From NCBI GenBank assembly GCA_032718475.1, contig JAUCBJ010002189.1, forward strand, positions 1 to 42,898: a stretch of 42,898 nucleotides of DNA, written 5' to 3'. Under the pieces are notes generated by a model that was not told where the DNA came from, made no database searches, and worked only from the letters and a program-made list of their open reading frames with translations. Positions within the stretch are counted from its first letter, which is position 1. Each line of letters begins with the position of its first letter. Origin of the DNA: Nemertoderma westbladi (Eukaryota; Animalia; Xenacoelomorpha). This document shows, piece after piece, positions 9,693 through 21,436 of the stretch. Made by a program: the position numbers and the translations under genes.

Positions 9693-10955
9693 ATGTCAAT
9701 TATTAAGGAATTAGATTTATTTTCTACACAGCCAATACAGACTGAATTTAAAGCAAAGCATTCATTATGAAACAATTAACCCGGTATCTAATCTCAGAAG
9801 CGAATCTAGGGAAGTCACGTTCCTTGTACCAAGATCCAATGAATTCTATACGAAACTGCAAGATGCGATATTAATTACAAAATGTACTGTATGGTGGGAT
9901 AGACGACTTGAAAACTCCCATATTTATATGTTGAATTACCCTTCTGGGACTATGTGGAGTGATATTAAAATAGACCTTAATGAGAAGCAGGTTGAAAATA
10001 GCAATAACCATTATTTCTACAAGTCGTACTTATCCAATTTACTATTTACAACATACGAATCTAAAAATGGGCTACTGGGGGCAGGCGGCTTTCGTCAGCC
10101 TTTATCCGAACACGGAAATGAAATTAATCCCGGCGCGCATCCTATTGACGATGCCTTTAGTAAACAAATGCAATTTTAAGTGGATTGACGATTGATTTTG
10201 ATACTGAAAGTAAAATAATACAACCCGGGTATGATTTAAGAATGCATTTTAGAAAAGTATCAAATTCGTTTATTTTTAAAATCACTCCAAACGCAAACGC
10301 TGTGACAAATCTTCGGCTAGAATTAGATGAAGTAAAGATCCTAATCCCTAGAATGGAGGTTAATCCAGTAATAGAAAGCAGTCACCTAAAAGGTTTAGAG
10401 AGTTACGATATTGAATATCAATTTCAAAAAAAAGAAGTTACTACATTTACTATTCCCGCTCAAACCACAAATTACACCCAAACAAACATATTTGATGGTA
10501 AAAAACCCAAATTAGTTATTATCGGTTTTATAACAAATAATGCATATTCGGGAGAATTAACTAGTAATCCCTTGAAATTTGAACATTTTAACCTTAGACG
10601 CGCGGAACTGATTGTAGACGGTCTTCCAGTAGGTGGTGTAATATATGAGCCTCATTTTACAGATGGAACATACATTTTTGAGTATACACAATTAATGAAG
10701 AACATTAATACATATATTAACGGTTACGGAGGTAATAATATAGACCATGAAACCTACTTAGGTAATTGCCCACTCATATCCTGGGACCTAACTGCCGACG
10801 TCTATGTTAGAGATCCTCAGCCATCGATATATACTAACGGACAATTCAAATTAAGATTTGCCGAACCGTTGGTTGAGACCATAAATGTAATCGTTTTTAA
10901 TATTTATGATCAATCATTAAGTTTAAATAGCAGGAAAGAAATACATATCGATTAA
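9693..10955 (+). pseudogene. MCP: Major capsid protein (double jelly-roll), several frameshifts/deletions
   Basis: N-terminal KELDLFSTQPIQT; YFYKSYLSNLL; IF.G..PK.VIIGF..N.AYSG....NP..F.HF; WDLT; LRFAEPL. Confidence 0.88.
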
Positions 10956-10981
10956 GTCTGTTATCTACAGAGGACCTTGAT

Positions 10982-11410
10982 ATGTTTCCAGTGGGTGGTC
11001 ACTATTTGGGCGCGTTTCCATCTAATAAATTACCTAAATTAGATAATAATAAGCGAAGAGACTATGGGTTAATAGTAAATACTGATAAAGAGCATCTGCC
11101 AGGTGTTCATTGGGTGGCTATATATATACGAGATAATGAAGCTGAATTATTTAATTCGTTTGGACCAAAATATCCAAACAGATGTATCGAAAAATGGCTT
11201 GAGAAAAATTCAGCAAGGTGGTGTACTACCCGCAAACAATTTCAAGACCCTAGAAGGACTACATGCGGGTTATACTGTCTTTATTACTTGGTAAATCGAA
11301 TTCACACAAACTATCCAATGAGAGCGTTTAGAAATAATGTGGAAATAAATGAAATAATATTATATAAATGGCTTGTTAATTATTATAAAATAAACCAACA
11401 AGCGTTATAA
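10982..11410 (+). CDS. PRO: Adenain/Ulp1-like cysteine maturation protease
   Basis: IVNTD....PGVHWVAI, ELFNSFG (usual D is N), Q....TTCGLYC. Confidence 0.9.
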   Translation: MFPVGGHYLGAFPSNKLPKLDNNKRRDYGLIVNTDKEHLPGVHWVAIYIRDNEAELFNSFGPKYPNRCIEKWLEKNSARWCTTRKQFQDPRRTTCGLYCLYYLVNRIHTNYPMRAFRNNVEINEIILYKWLVNYYKINQQAL

Positions 11411-11454
11411 TTAATCATTTAACTTTTGTTTATCTAAATATATTATTCGATAAA

Positions 11455-12027
11455 ATGGATAATATTATTTTTGTTGATTTTCAATATTATAAGATAGACA
11501 ATAAGGAATATCTGGTAGTATTTAAAGAATTTGCTATATTCGATTCTAAATACAGTAAAACTAATATAAAGACGTTTTTAATTAAAGGACCTCCTAATAT
11601 TAAGTTATCGGCATTAGATAAAGCCCACGTAAACAATTTACACGATATTACATCGCATTTACCTTGGGATTACGGTGACATTTCGCAAGATGACTTTAAA
11701 AAGTATATGAAGAGACAATTAAAAAATAAATATAATATATATGTATTCGGGTTGATGAAAGCCGCAATATTAAATACCCAACTTGATGTTTACGCTCTAA
11801 AATTGATGAACAAATTGGGAATATTTCGACTATATTACAATTATTTAACTCCATGCTCCTTCCATGATAAATTAACTACTGTAGAAGATAAATGTAGTTT
11901 TCACAAAGATGGTGATAGCTGCTGGAATTACTGCTCAGCGAAAAGGATTGGAGGGTATGTAACAAAGCGATTAACTGAGACAGGTGATAAACAGAAAGAA
12001 ATAACTGTGGTGAATGATGTACAGTAG
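11455..12027 (+). CDS. DEDD-like (RNase H fold) exonuclease-domain protein, possibly inactive
   Basis: IIFVDFQ...FKEFAI, LPWDYGD, IYVFG..K and Cys/His cluster at the C-terminus. Confidence 0.5.
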   Translation: MDNIIFVDFQYYKIDNKEYLVVFKEFAIFDSKYSKTNIKTFLIKGPPNIKLSALDKAHVNNLHDITSHLPWDYGDISQDDFKKYMKRQLKNKYNIYVFGLMKAAILNTQLDVYALKLMNKLGIFRLYYNYLTPCSFHDKLTTVEDKCSFHKDGDSCWNYCSAKRIGGYVTKRLTETGDKQKEITVVNDVQ

Positions 12028-12053
12028 GTTTACTGTAAGCTTGTAATGTGATG

Positions 12054-13227
12054 TGTAAAAGCTTTTGCGGATCTAGCTAGTCATTTTCCCCGCAAAGTAC
12101 TCTGTAGGTGTTTTAGCAGACATAAAAAGCCGTTTTCTTACTGTGTAGGTGTTTTAGTGGACATAAAAAGCAATTTTTCTGTATGTGTACTTTAGCGGAC
12201 ATAACTAGCGATTTTATGCCACAATACGCCAAAATACTCTTGATACAGTGTAGTTCAGATGACGACATCTATCAGCTGATATGTCCACGTAGAGCTTTTT
12301 CTTTGTTCTTTGTTCGGCTCGACCAATCAGAGCGATTTTCATTTTATTTGCACAGAAGCCTCTGGAAAATCGCGCAATGCATTATGGTCTTTGTTTACCT
12401 TTTTTCCTGAGCCCAGAACATCGGCTGTGGAATTATTCTGTGTTTCAGACTTTAGCAAAACATTAGAACGGCTTTGATCATAGAAACGTATAACTGTTAT
12501 TCTATCTAACGAACTCATAACAAACCTGGTCACATACAAACACCGCATTATTTTACTGCTATTTACTGTCGGTTATTAATTGTATCAGTTGATGGAATGT
12601 TGATATATTTGGAGAATATTGATAAATAATCATAAAACCCCAATCTTCTTGATATACTAAAGGTTAGAGAGACCGGTTACATATAGCAATTGCGACTTAC
12701 ATTATAGTGGTTTTGGAGTGAATTGAATGCTAATTCATAGACCCTACATGTGTCAGTTGCTGTTGTCCTTATATATGATTAAAATTAGTGAAGGTCGGCA
12801 GATCAGTGTGCAGCATTGTGCGGTAGTGTGCATGAGTGTGATAGATAACAAAGCATTTCCTAAAGAATGCGCTTTATACGTAAATCATAAGCCATCCCGT
12901 TGTGTTTAGTGTAAGTCATAACTCTGTTTACATACTTAGAGTGCCACGTCCTAAAGGAACTGTTAATATTTCCCGAAAGTGAATAATATTTGTCAGAGAT
13001 TATATATTAACGATCAATCGAATAGTAAAGTAGGCCTACACCGCAATAAGGTCAGAGCATCCGAATCCAGTCTCCCTTAACCGTGGGTGAATGATCGCGC
13101 ATAGGCTGGCTTCGGCTAATGTAACTTTATGTGTATCAAATACTTGTTATAGGCTAAAGTCGATTTATAACCTAGAAGACACCTAAATTTGTCAGGTTAA
13201 ACTGCTAAAGGTCTAAAAGCGCGAACA
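12054..13227 (+). mobile_element. Solo LTR copy A (1174 bp)
   Basis: TGTAAAAG...GCGAACA termini; 5-bp TSD TGATG (12049-12053, 13228-13232); homologous to 17101-18299; strand is relative only. Confidence 0.88.
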
Positions 13228-13577
13228 TGATGGGATATAATATAATTTTATTTTGGTGATGGTCTTGATGTTAATATAAAAATATAATAAAATCTAATTT
13301 TTTTACAACAAGTTCTCTAAAAAAGAATCAATTGCGTTAGGTAAACCATACACATTTAACAATATGATGTAGACCTAACATGTACAGTAAGTAGTCATTC
13401 TAATATAGTTGTACTGGTATTGCGAAACATCCTATACATCGCAAACTAATAACACATACAGTAGTTGACTAGTGATATAACTTTAGTAATATTAGTCAGA
13501 AATGCAACATAATCTGTATAGGATGTAATGTTAACCTGTTGGTACCGGTACTGTTAAATTCAATAATTTATTATAGG

Positions 13578-14503
13578 CCTATCCACAATAGTCATCCACT
13601 TTATCAGTACCGGTAGTATTTTACTCTTCCAACACTGTAGTCGCGGTCTACCGGTGTCAGTACAGCAGTAATCTGATGCAATAGCATTTGTTTTTTTCAC
13701 CTATAAGGATACTGCAGTCTACCCAAACCTTGATTAGCATACTGCAGTCATGACCTGGATTGCACGCGTGGGTCTCACATACAGGGATTAGATCACCTAG
13801 CCAAACAATACAGTACTGCAGTACTTTCACTGTTGTTGTAACAGTATATTCAGATAGAACATACTGATTTCCTTCTATTAGCATTGTACTGCAGTACCGG
13901 TACTACAGTATTAATGTAACAGTACCTGCAGTAACAAACTAAGCCAATGTATACAATATCGTGTGCCAGTTACAATCAGATGTGTGCGTAGTCCGCCACA
14001 CTACGGGGATGTAGTCAACCTCATAGTCTGCCTCGCAGCCCCTATCCACAACTGTCATCCACTTTATCAGTACCGGTAGTGTTTTACTCTTCCAACACTG
14101 TAGTCGCGGTCTACCAGTATCAGTACAGCAGTAATCTGATGCAATAGCATTTGTTTTTTTTCACCTATAAGGATACTGCAGTCTACCCGAACCTTGATTA
14201 GCATACTGCAGTCATGACCTGGATTGCACGCATGGGTCTCACATACAGGGATTAGATCACCTACCCAAACAATACAGTACTGCAGTACTTTCACTGTTGT
14301 TGTAACAGTATAGTCAGATAGAGCATACTGATTTCCTTCTATTAGCATTGTACTGCAGTACCGGTACTACAGTATTAATGTAACAGTACCTGCAGTAACA
14401 AACTAAGCCAATGTATACAATATCGTGAGCCAGTTACAATAAGATGTGTGCGCAGTCAGCCACACTACGGGGATGTAGTCAACCTCACAGCCAGCCTCGC
14501 AGC
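13578..14503. repeat. Two tandem 463-bp units in the central non-coding region of the Maverick
   Basis: CCTATCCACAA starts at 13578 and 14041; near-identical spurious ORFs 13657 and 14067. Confidence 0.93.
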
Positions 14504-14610
14504 TACTGTCAGCTAGGCACGCAGTCAGCCTGTGAGAATCATGCTTATTCAAACGAGGTTAGTTTTCCCTAACTACCGATTGAAAAATAATAATGTTTAA
14601 TTTTCACCTT

Positions 14611-15155
14611 CTAATTACCAATATATTCTACACCTAAAGTCACAACACCAAACATTAATAAATAATTAACCAGTTTACTAAATATAGGGTAATAAATGTG
14701 AAATTTGCTAGGTGAACACATTAAAGTACATTTACCGGTATGAAAGCAGCAAATGACTACGGTATTATTTATTCTTATTTTGCAATTATTAAAAATTTCA
14801 GGTTCATATATAACTTGAAGTTGTACATTATCAAAGACAACATAAAACCCGGTATTGTTTATCAATAACCTATAGACTACAGAGTTAATACTAAAAATAT
14901 AAGTACATAAATTAACAGATTTTAAAATCAAATTAATACTTGTTTTATCAAATATATGCTTTTTTACTTTTTGGAAATTATACTTACTACCTAATAATGA
15001 AATACGACCATTTTTAAATATTAATAATGTGGCACCAAATATCTTATATATAAACTGATTTGGTTTGAGTATGTGTTTACCAGATAATTGATTTTTTTAT
15101 TCTTTCAAATTAATCGCTGACAACTTACATTCTTATTAACTATCTGATAGTTCAT
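14611..15155 (-). pseudogene. TATA-binding-protein (TBP)-like ORF, frameshifted near its 5' end
   Basis: Open frame from ~15095 reads GATLLIFKNGRISLLGSK, then VIYEPEIF...VICCFHTGKCTL, matching the two TBP repeats (ALIFSSGK.V.TGAK; SYEPELF...LIFVSGK); ATG at 15155 overlaps the PolB end. Confidence 0.65.
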
Positions 15156-18100
15156 TGTTTGGCTCCCGATAAATAGGTATATTTTTTTTTTTAATTGGTT
15201 TTACAACCTTTGTTTGATAGTGACCCCAGGGAAGTGAATGATTTTTATTAACCCAAAAAAGTTTATCGTCAAATGCGCTGAGAGCAAACATATATCGTGC
15301 TACAGTGTACACTTTGTGTAATTGACTCTGAAATTGATGCGTTTCCTTGGAAATTTCTTCGTTATCCTTATATGCTCTTAAATAATCTTCGTGGCAAATT
15401 TTTTTATCCACGACAGCTCTTGTTATTCCTTTCGCCCGTCGTATATTCGTTTCATTGAATTCCAAAATTGAATATAATTTTGGTCTTAAAAATACTGCTT
15501 GTTTAATTTCACGTGAGGCTAGTTCATCTTTACAGTAATAGAGTCTGGATTTATTTTTATCGCTGTAGAGAGGGTGATCCTTGGGGTAATTAGAGGTATC
15601 TAGAATATTATTTTTAATTAATGCTTTTAAGAAATTACTCTGCGATGTATTATAATAACAACCTATTAATGAGTCTGTATCGGATGCTACAATTTCAATT
15701 CGGCAGTTTAATTCTTTCTCAATAGGTAGTAATTATCATAGTACAGCTCATACATATCAAGTTTCGCTAAATCCAAGACAGTACTACCTACATAGACTGG
15801 TTTATCTAGTGTCACGCTGTCTTTCACTAATAAGTGTCCCGATAAGGAATTGTTATAAATCATGAAATTTTCGTGATTTATACGTTTCACCAATTGATCG
15901 CATTTCTCATTGCTATTAGCGATACGGAAATTACAGCGATCTTGTATCTTCTCAATGGATTTACCAAATAACGAGCAGCTTTGCAACAGCTGTTTCAATA
16001 TAAGTTTTTGCTAGTCGTCTTTGATTAATATTAAAATCTATATAGGGTTTAAATTGATGGAAAGAATACAATTTATGGAGCTTAGTAACAATTAAACCTT
16101 GTTTTATATAAAATTTTAACAGTTTTAAATTTACATGATAGAATTCTTTATCAAATTGTGTCAACATAAGTTTTGGTGCACACATCTTATACTTGCTATT
16201 AGTACCTCTTTGTTTACATACTATATTAAATTGATCTTTCATATATGGTGAAAGCATTGTCTCATTTATACTTAAATGTTCTGGAGCTAAGGGTAGTTCT
16301 AATGTACGATCATGAATATCTTTGGGATATTTCAAATCGCAAATTAAGAAAAACCCAATATCCCCTTCAGTATCAAGATTTGTTAAATAGTTTATTAGTT
16401 CTTCTGGAGCAGCATTCTCTAAATATGTAACGTTGACTTGTTCAAAACCTGAAACAGGTAGCTTTTTACTTAAATGACCCGAATACAAGGAATTAAAATC
16501 TATATTGAAAATATGACACTCTTCCTTGCTTGGATCATAATTATCAGTATCTGGTATATTTGATTCTATGTAATGCTTTCGACAGAATGAAACCCCTCCT
16601 CTAATAAATGCTTCAAAATCTCTATATGTTTGGTAATCTTTTATTAATGCTAACTTACATTTATTGTATTTCAGGGCGCAATCATAAGTGAAAGCTGCAA
16701 TACTGCAATAATAAACTACTTCTAATTCGTAGTTTTGTCTACATACTCTCCTAAAGTTCTCAAATATATCAGCGAGGAGACAAACATCGAGTTTTAAGTA
16801 TGCTAAAAGATAATCCTTGAGATTTGAACAGTCAAACTGACTCCATGATGCGTTGGCAAAACTATATTCCTCGGGTGTACAGGTATTTTGTGTTAATTTA
16901 CTATAAAATTTGTCTATTGATGGTAATTTCGAATCATTGAATTTATTTAAATCTGTCAGATACTCGTAGGGAAATATACCTTTTCGTTTAATTGTTGCAT
17001 TATTTAAATTCGGATAAAAATATTTCATATGCTGTTCAGTAATTGGTAGAACTTATGTTATATCCTCGCTGTCTATATCCTTTGTTGAACAATCAACTAA
17101 TGTTCGCGCTTTCAGACCTTTAGCAGTTTAACCTGCCAAATTTAGATGTCTTCTAGATTATAAATCGACTTTAGCCTATGACGAGTATTTGATACACTAC
17201 ATTAGCCGAAGCCAGTCTATGCGCGACCATTCACCCGCTGGATATACCCGGGAGACTGGATTCGGAAGCTTTGACCTTATTGCGGTGTAGGCCTACTGTA
17301 TTATTCGACTGATCGTTAATATATAATTTCTGACAAATATTATTCACTTTCGGGAAATATTAACAGTTCCTTTAGGACGTGGCGCTCTAAATATGTAGAC
17401 AGAGTTATGACTTATACTAGACACAACGGGATGGCTATGGATTCACGTATAAAGCGCATTCTTTAGTAGATGCTTTGTTATCAGTCACAATCATGCACAC
17501 TACCGCACAATGCTGCATACCGATCTGCCGACCTTCACTAATTTTAGTCACATATAAAGAGAACAGCAACCGACTCATGAAGTGCCTATGAAATAGCATT
17601 AGATTCACTCCAAAACCACTTTAATGTAAGTTGCAATTGTTATATGTAACCGGTCTCTTACCTTCAGTATATCAAGAAGATTGGGGGTTTTATAATTATT
17701 TATCGATATTATCCAATATAATAATACTCCATCAACTGATATAATTAATAACCGACAGTAAATAGCAGTAAAAATTGCGGTGTTTGTAGTTGACAATATG
17801 ATTTGCATTGATAGGATTAGGATATGTGGTGTGGTTTGGTTTGATATGATATGATAACAGTTATACGTTTCTATGATCAAGCCTACTAATGTTTGGCTAA
17901 AGCCTGAAACCACAGAGATTCCAAAGCCGGTCTTCTGGCATCAGGAAAAAAGGTAAACATTGACCCATAATGCATTGCGCGATTTCCCGGAGGTTTCTGG
18001 ACAAATAACATGAGAATCGCTCTGATTGGTTGTCCGAACAAAGAAACAAAGGAAAAGCTACACGTGTACATATCAGCTGTTAGCTGTCGTCATAGTAACT

Positions 18101-20340
18101 ACACTGTGTCAAGAGGATTTTAGCGTATTGCGACATAAAATTGCTAGTTATGTCCGCTAAAGTACACATACAGAAGAAATGGCTTTTTATGTCCACTAAA
18201 ACACCGGTACAGTAAGGAAACGGCTTTTTATGTCCGTTAAACCAACTACAGAGTACTTTGCGGGGAAAATAACCAGCTAATTCCGCAAAAGCTTTTACAA
18301 CTAAAGTACTTAGGGAAAAGGATAAAAATTGATATGTGTCTAAGACACGTAGCTCGATTTTTGTTTTTTCATCTTTCACCGGTATATGCATACTCAGTGA
18401 AATATACCTTTCAGAATTTTTAGGGATTACCTTTATATCCCAATCGGAATATTGGTTATTACAAAACCCAACTTGCAAAAGAAAATGCAAATCGTAGTGA
18501 TTGCAGTTGTGTGCAGCGAGTATATACATGTGTCGTTTCAATGATAAAGAGCGGTTACATGTGTTACAAGCGGCTGCTATATAGTTACCAGTAATATGTG
18601 AGTGATGTTTGTTTTTCTCAGACTTATCCTTAAATAAAACATTGCAATAAAAGCAAGTTTTAGCTTTCCAAAAACTTAACTTATCTACATCATTAAGTAT
18701 CATCTTTTCTCTTGTGTTAGTTTCTGACCACTTATATAATTGGGTGATGTCATTATATACAGAGTCTAAAAAGTCTTGAATACAGTTGTTATCTATTGTT
18801 TTTGTAAAGGTTTTCAAATAAAATTTTGATGGATTGATTAATTCGCTACTAGGGACAACTAAATAACTTACAGTGCATGGAATATGATTCTGAATAAATT
18901 TACTGTTGCTGGCTGGCTCCAAAATAGATTCTATGTCAAAATATATTACAAACAATGCTGGTAATGTTCTGTCTAAATTTCTAAAGCTAATGTGAGTTCT
19001 TTTTTCAGACGGTAGCTTCTCAACTTGACTTTTTCCTTGATAACAAGTAAGACGGTGACATTCTAGAACATCCTTGCTGTAGAAATGTAACAAACACCGT
19101 TCACAATATTTCCTACATCCAATATGCTTACCTCTTGTATTCATCAAGAGATTCAAGTTAGTTATGCAAACATAATGTGATTGTTTTGATTTATTCTTAT
19201 TTTTTACAAGTAATATATTCAATAACTCTTTATCTGGAGTGATTTTACTAAATGGTGCCTGTCTTAATATAGATACTCGATTGTTGTCGTAGAGTAATAA
19301 ATTAATTATATATGCTGAATTCTGTTTTTCAAAAAGTTTAATTGCAAGCTGCCATTCTGTTGGATAATCTTTGTTCCCATTGTCAAAAATAAAATGATTC
19401 ATGTAATCTGTGTACTGCGAAGTACGATATTTGTTTATCTTCACTTTGCTGCTAAACTTTGTGGCTATAATAGCCCATTTGAAACAGTCATTATCAGCCG
19501 TTTGTATATTTATAACACATTTTTTAACTGATAGAGCCTTAGGTAACTCCATATAACCGTGACCTTTATATTCCAGTGACTTAGACTTGGATTCAGCTAC
19601 TTTAATTTCCACTCTTAATAAAGATTTAACGCGCCACCCTGAGCCACGAGTGTTAAACATGGCTATTTTTTGCATTAATTTTTCTAGTACATACTCAAAC
19701 CAAATATAGAAACTTTCATGTGAATCTACGGTATTAACTGCACCACATGAAGAACTAAAATAGAAAGTTTCTTCTTGGTCACCCTCTGAAAAATGTGATC
19801 GATACATGAGTATATTCACACCTAGCCAGGGTCTAAGTACATTCATTTCGCTAAGTTTTCCTAATAATAAATTTTCAATATGAGGCAGAATTTTTAGTAT
19901 TGATGAATGAATATCTGGGAAATCTTCATCATTCGGAAGATTGTAAACATAGATTTCTAAACGGTTATCGTGTGCGGCTCGTTCGATGCTAAAAATTGAT
20001 GGACCTTGACCAGATTTCAGTCTTTTTCTAGATGTGACAGTATTGTTTTGGTTCCGTCGTGGTGGTCTAACATGATAATAATGTTGGTGACAGTCGTGAC
20101 ATAAATAATTATCATATAAATATACTCTTTATTACAAGTAGGGCAAGTTTTTTCATACATGCAAAGCTTCATTTCTTTACAACCCGTAGTTGATTCATGT
20201 CGTTTACAAATTTCTTCGCGTGGAGTTGAAACATGACAATTAAAACAAGAATAAACATGAAAATGCGACTTCAGATGAGATAAATAGTTATGTTAAGAAA
20301 TTTGAAGTGGACAAAATGGATATTTCAATTGTTTATCCAT
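15136..20340 (-). pseudogene. POLB: Protein-primed family B DNA polymerase with N-terminal Zn fingers and HNH/EndoVII insert; disrupted by stops, frameshifts and a solo LTR
   Basis: VINIQTADNDCFKWAI; ExoI YFDIES; ExoII HNCNHYD; KGIFPYEY; ExoIII LKLDVCLLADIFE; IRGG; DFNSLY; AKLL..S.FGK; SDTDS (~15670); LSAFDDK. Confidence 0.95.
17101..18299 (-). mobile_element. Solo LTR copy B (1199 bp) inserted in PolB
   Basis: Reverse complement of copy A with the same termini; 5-bp TSD ACTAA (17096-17100, 18300-18304); removal restores the PolB frame (SLSTLV-DCSTK...MKYFYP) with one stop. Confidence 0.9.
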
Positions 20341-20885
20341 CTCTTTATTATCCTAAAAACAATTTAAAATTAATATGAATATTGTTATATATATAATCAA
20401 AAAAAAAATTCATAAGCTACTCAACACAAATAAAATATAATATCTAAACTTTAATTAATTTAATATTTTCAGAATGAGCTCGATTGAATCAGTTGAGCTC
20501 TTATTTCAAGTTTCTACTTATACCAACCAATCATAAATAACAGTTATATTGGAAACTAATATCATAAATAAAGTTGCTTTTACAACTGAATTCTTTATAA
20601 TAAAATGAAGTCTAAACCAAGATGTGCATAATGCGTTTTTAATTTTCATTGATAAAGTAGGTTTTACATGCTAATGTTTTATTATGGTGGTGTAAACTCA
20701 TGCATTTACATGCGAATGTTTTATACCTAATCCCGTGCTCACATTAAATATAAACTATCAGCAATATTTACTCAATAAAGTCACCTTTACATGCAAATAC
20801 TTTATAATAATCATGCTTTGTGTTAAAAAGTTACCTTTACTAGTCAGTGTGAAACTGAAAAAAAAAGTCTCTAGTTAATAATAAA

Positions 20886-21428
20886 TCAATCTGATACTGC
20901 TTTTATATGTTCCTTGTTGTAATCTGCTACCTCTTCACTTGCTTTTGTAACTTTTCTTTTCTTTGTAGGTATAGAATCATTGTTGGGATTGGAAGATGTT
21001 CGAGATGTAGATCTGCGCTTTCTATCACTCGATGTCTCTTCGATGTATGTCTTTGGATTAAATGTGGATGAAACAGTTTCTGGAAATGACTTATTAACCT
21101 TAAACTTCCATGTTGGTTGATATAGAATCGCGAAACCGTCTGCTATATCAGTTGTTGATGAAACCTTTTCCATCATATCGTTGAGAAACTCTATATGTGG
21201 TATGTCTTTATCATAATGTAACTGTAAATATTTGCTTTCCTTGTCTGTAATAATTACTTTTTTTTCTTGTACATTTATTTTTACTTTAAGTCGGTTAGAT
21301 AAAGCTTTATCGCTCGTGTCTAGCTCTGAAAAGACACCTTCGTTACTAATTTCATAATTCCATTCATACCACAATGAATTTACTTCCGATGCTGTTAAAC
21401 CCGTTATAATACCTAAGACCAATAGCAT
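20886..21428 (-). CDS. Maverick orphan ORF with basic NLS-like, Ser-rich C-terminus
   Basis: 180-aa ORF co-directional with PolB; RKRR and KKRK motifs. Confidence 0.55.
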   Translation of the reverse strand: MLLVLGIITGLTASEVNSLWYEWNYEISNEGVFSELDTSDKALSNRLKVKINVQEKKVIITDKESKYLQLHYDKDIPHIEFLNDMMEKVSSTTDIADGFAILYQPTWKFKVNKSFPETVSSTFNPKTYIEETSSDRKRRSTSRTSSNPNNDSIPTKKRKVTKASEEVADYNKEHIKAVSD

Positions 21429-21436
21429 CAGAATAT

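Noticed and set aside
13657-14348. Duplicated small ORFs MLIEGNQY...
   Set aside because: Arise from the 463-bp duplication, differ by a frameshift, and show no recognisable domain.
12054-18299. One composite transposon or invertible segment bounded by 1.2-kb inverted repeats
   Set aside because: Each repeat has its own distinct 5-bp TSD, and PolB is collinear across copy B.
18080-18299. C-terminus of the 588-aa PolB ORF and matching ORF 12183..12410
   Set aside because: Read-through into solo LTR sequence; other short ORFs inside the LTRs are also treated as spurious.
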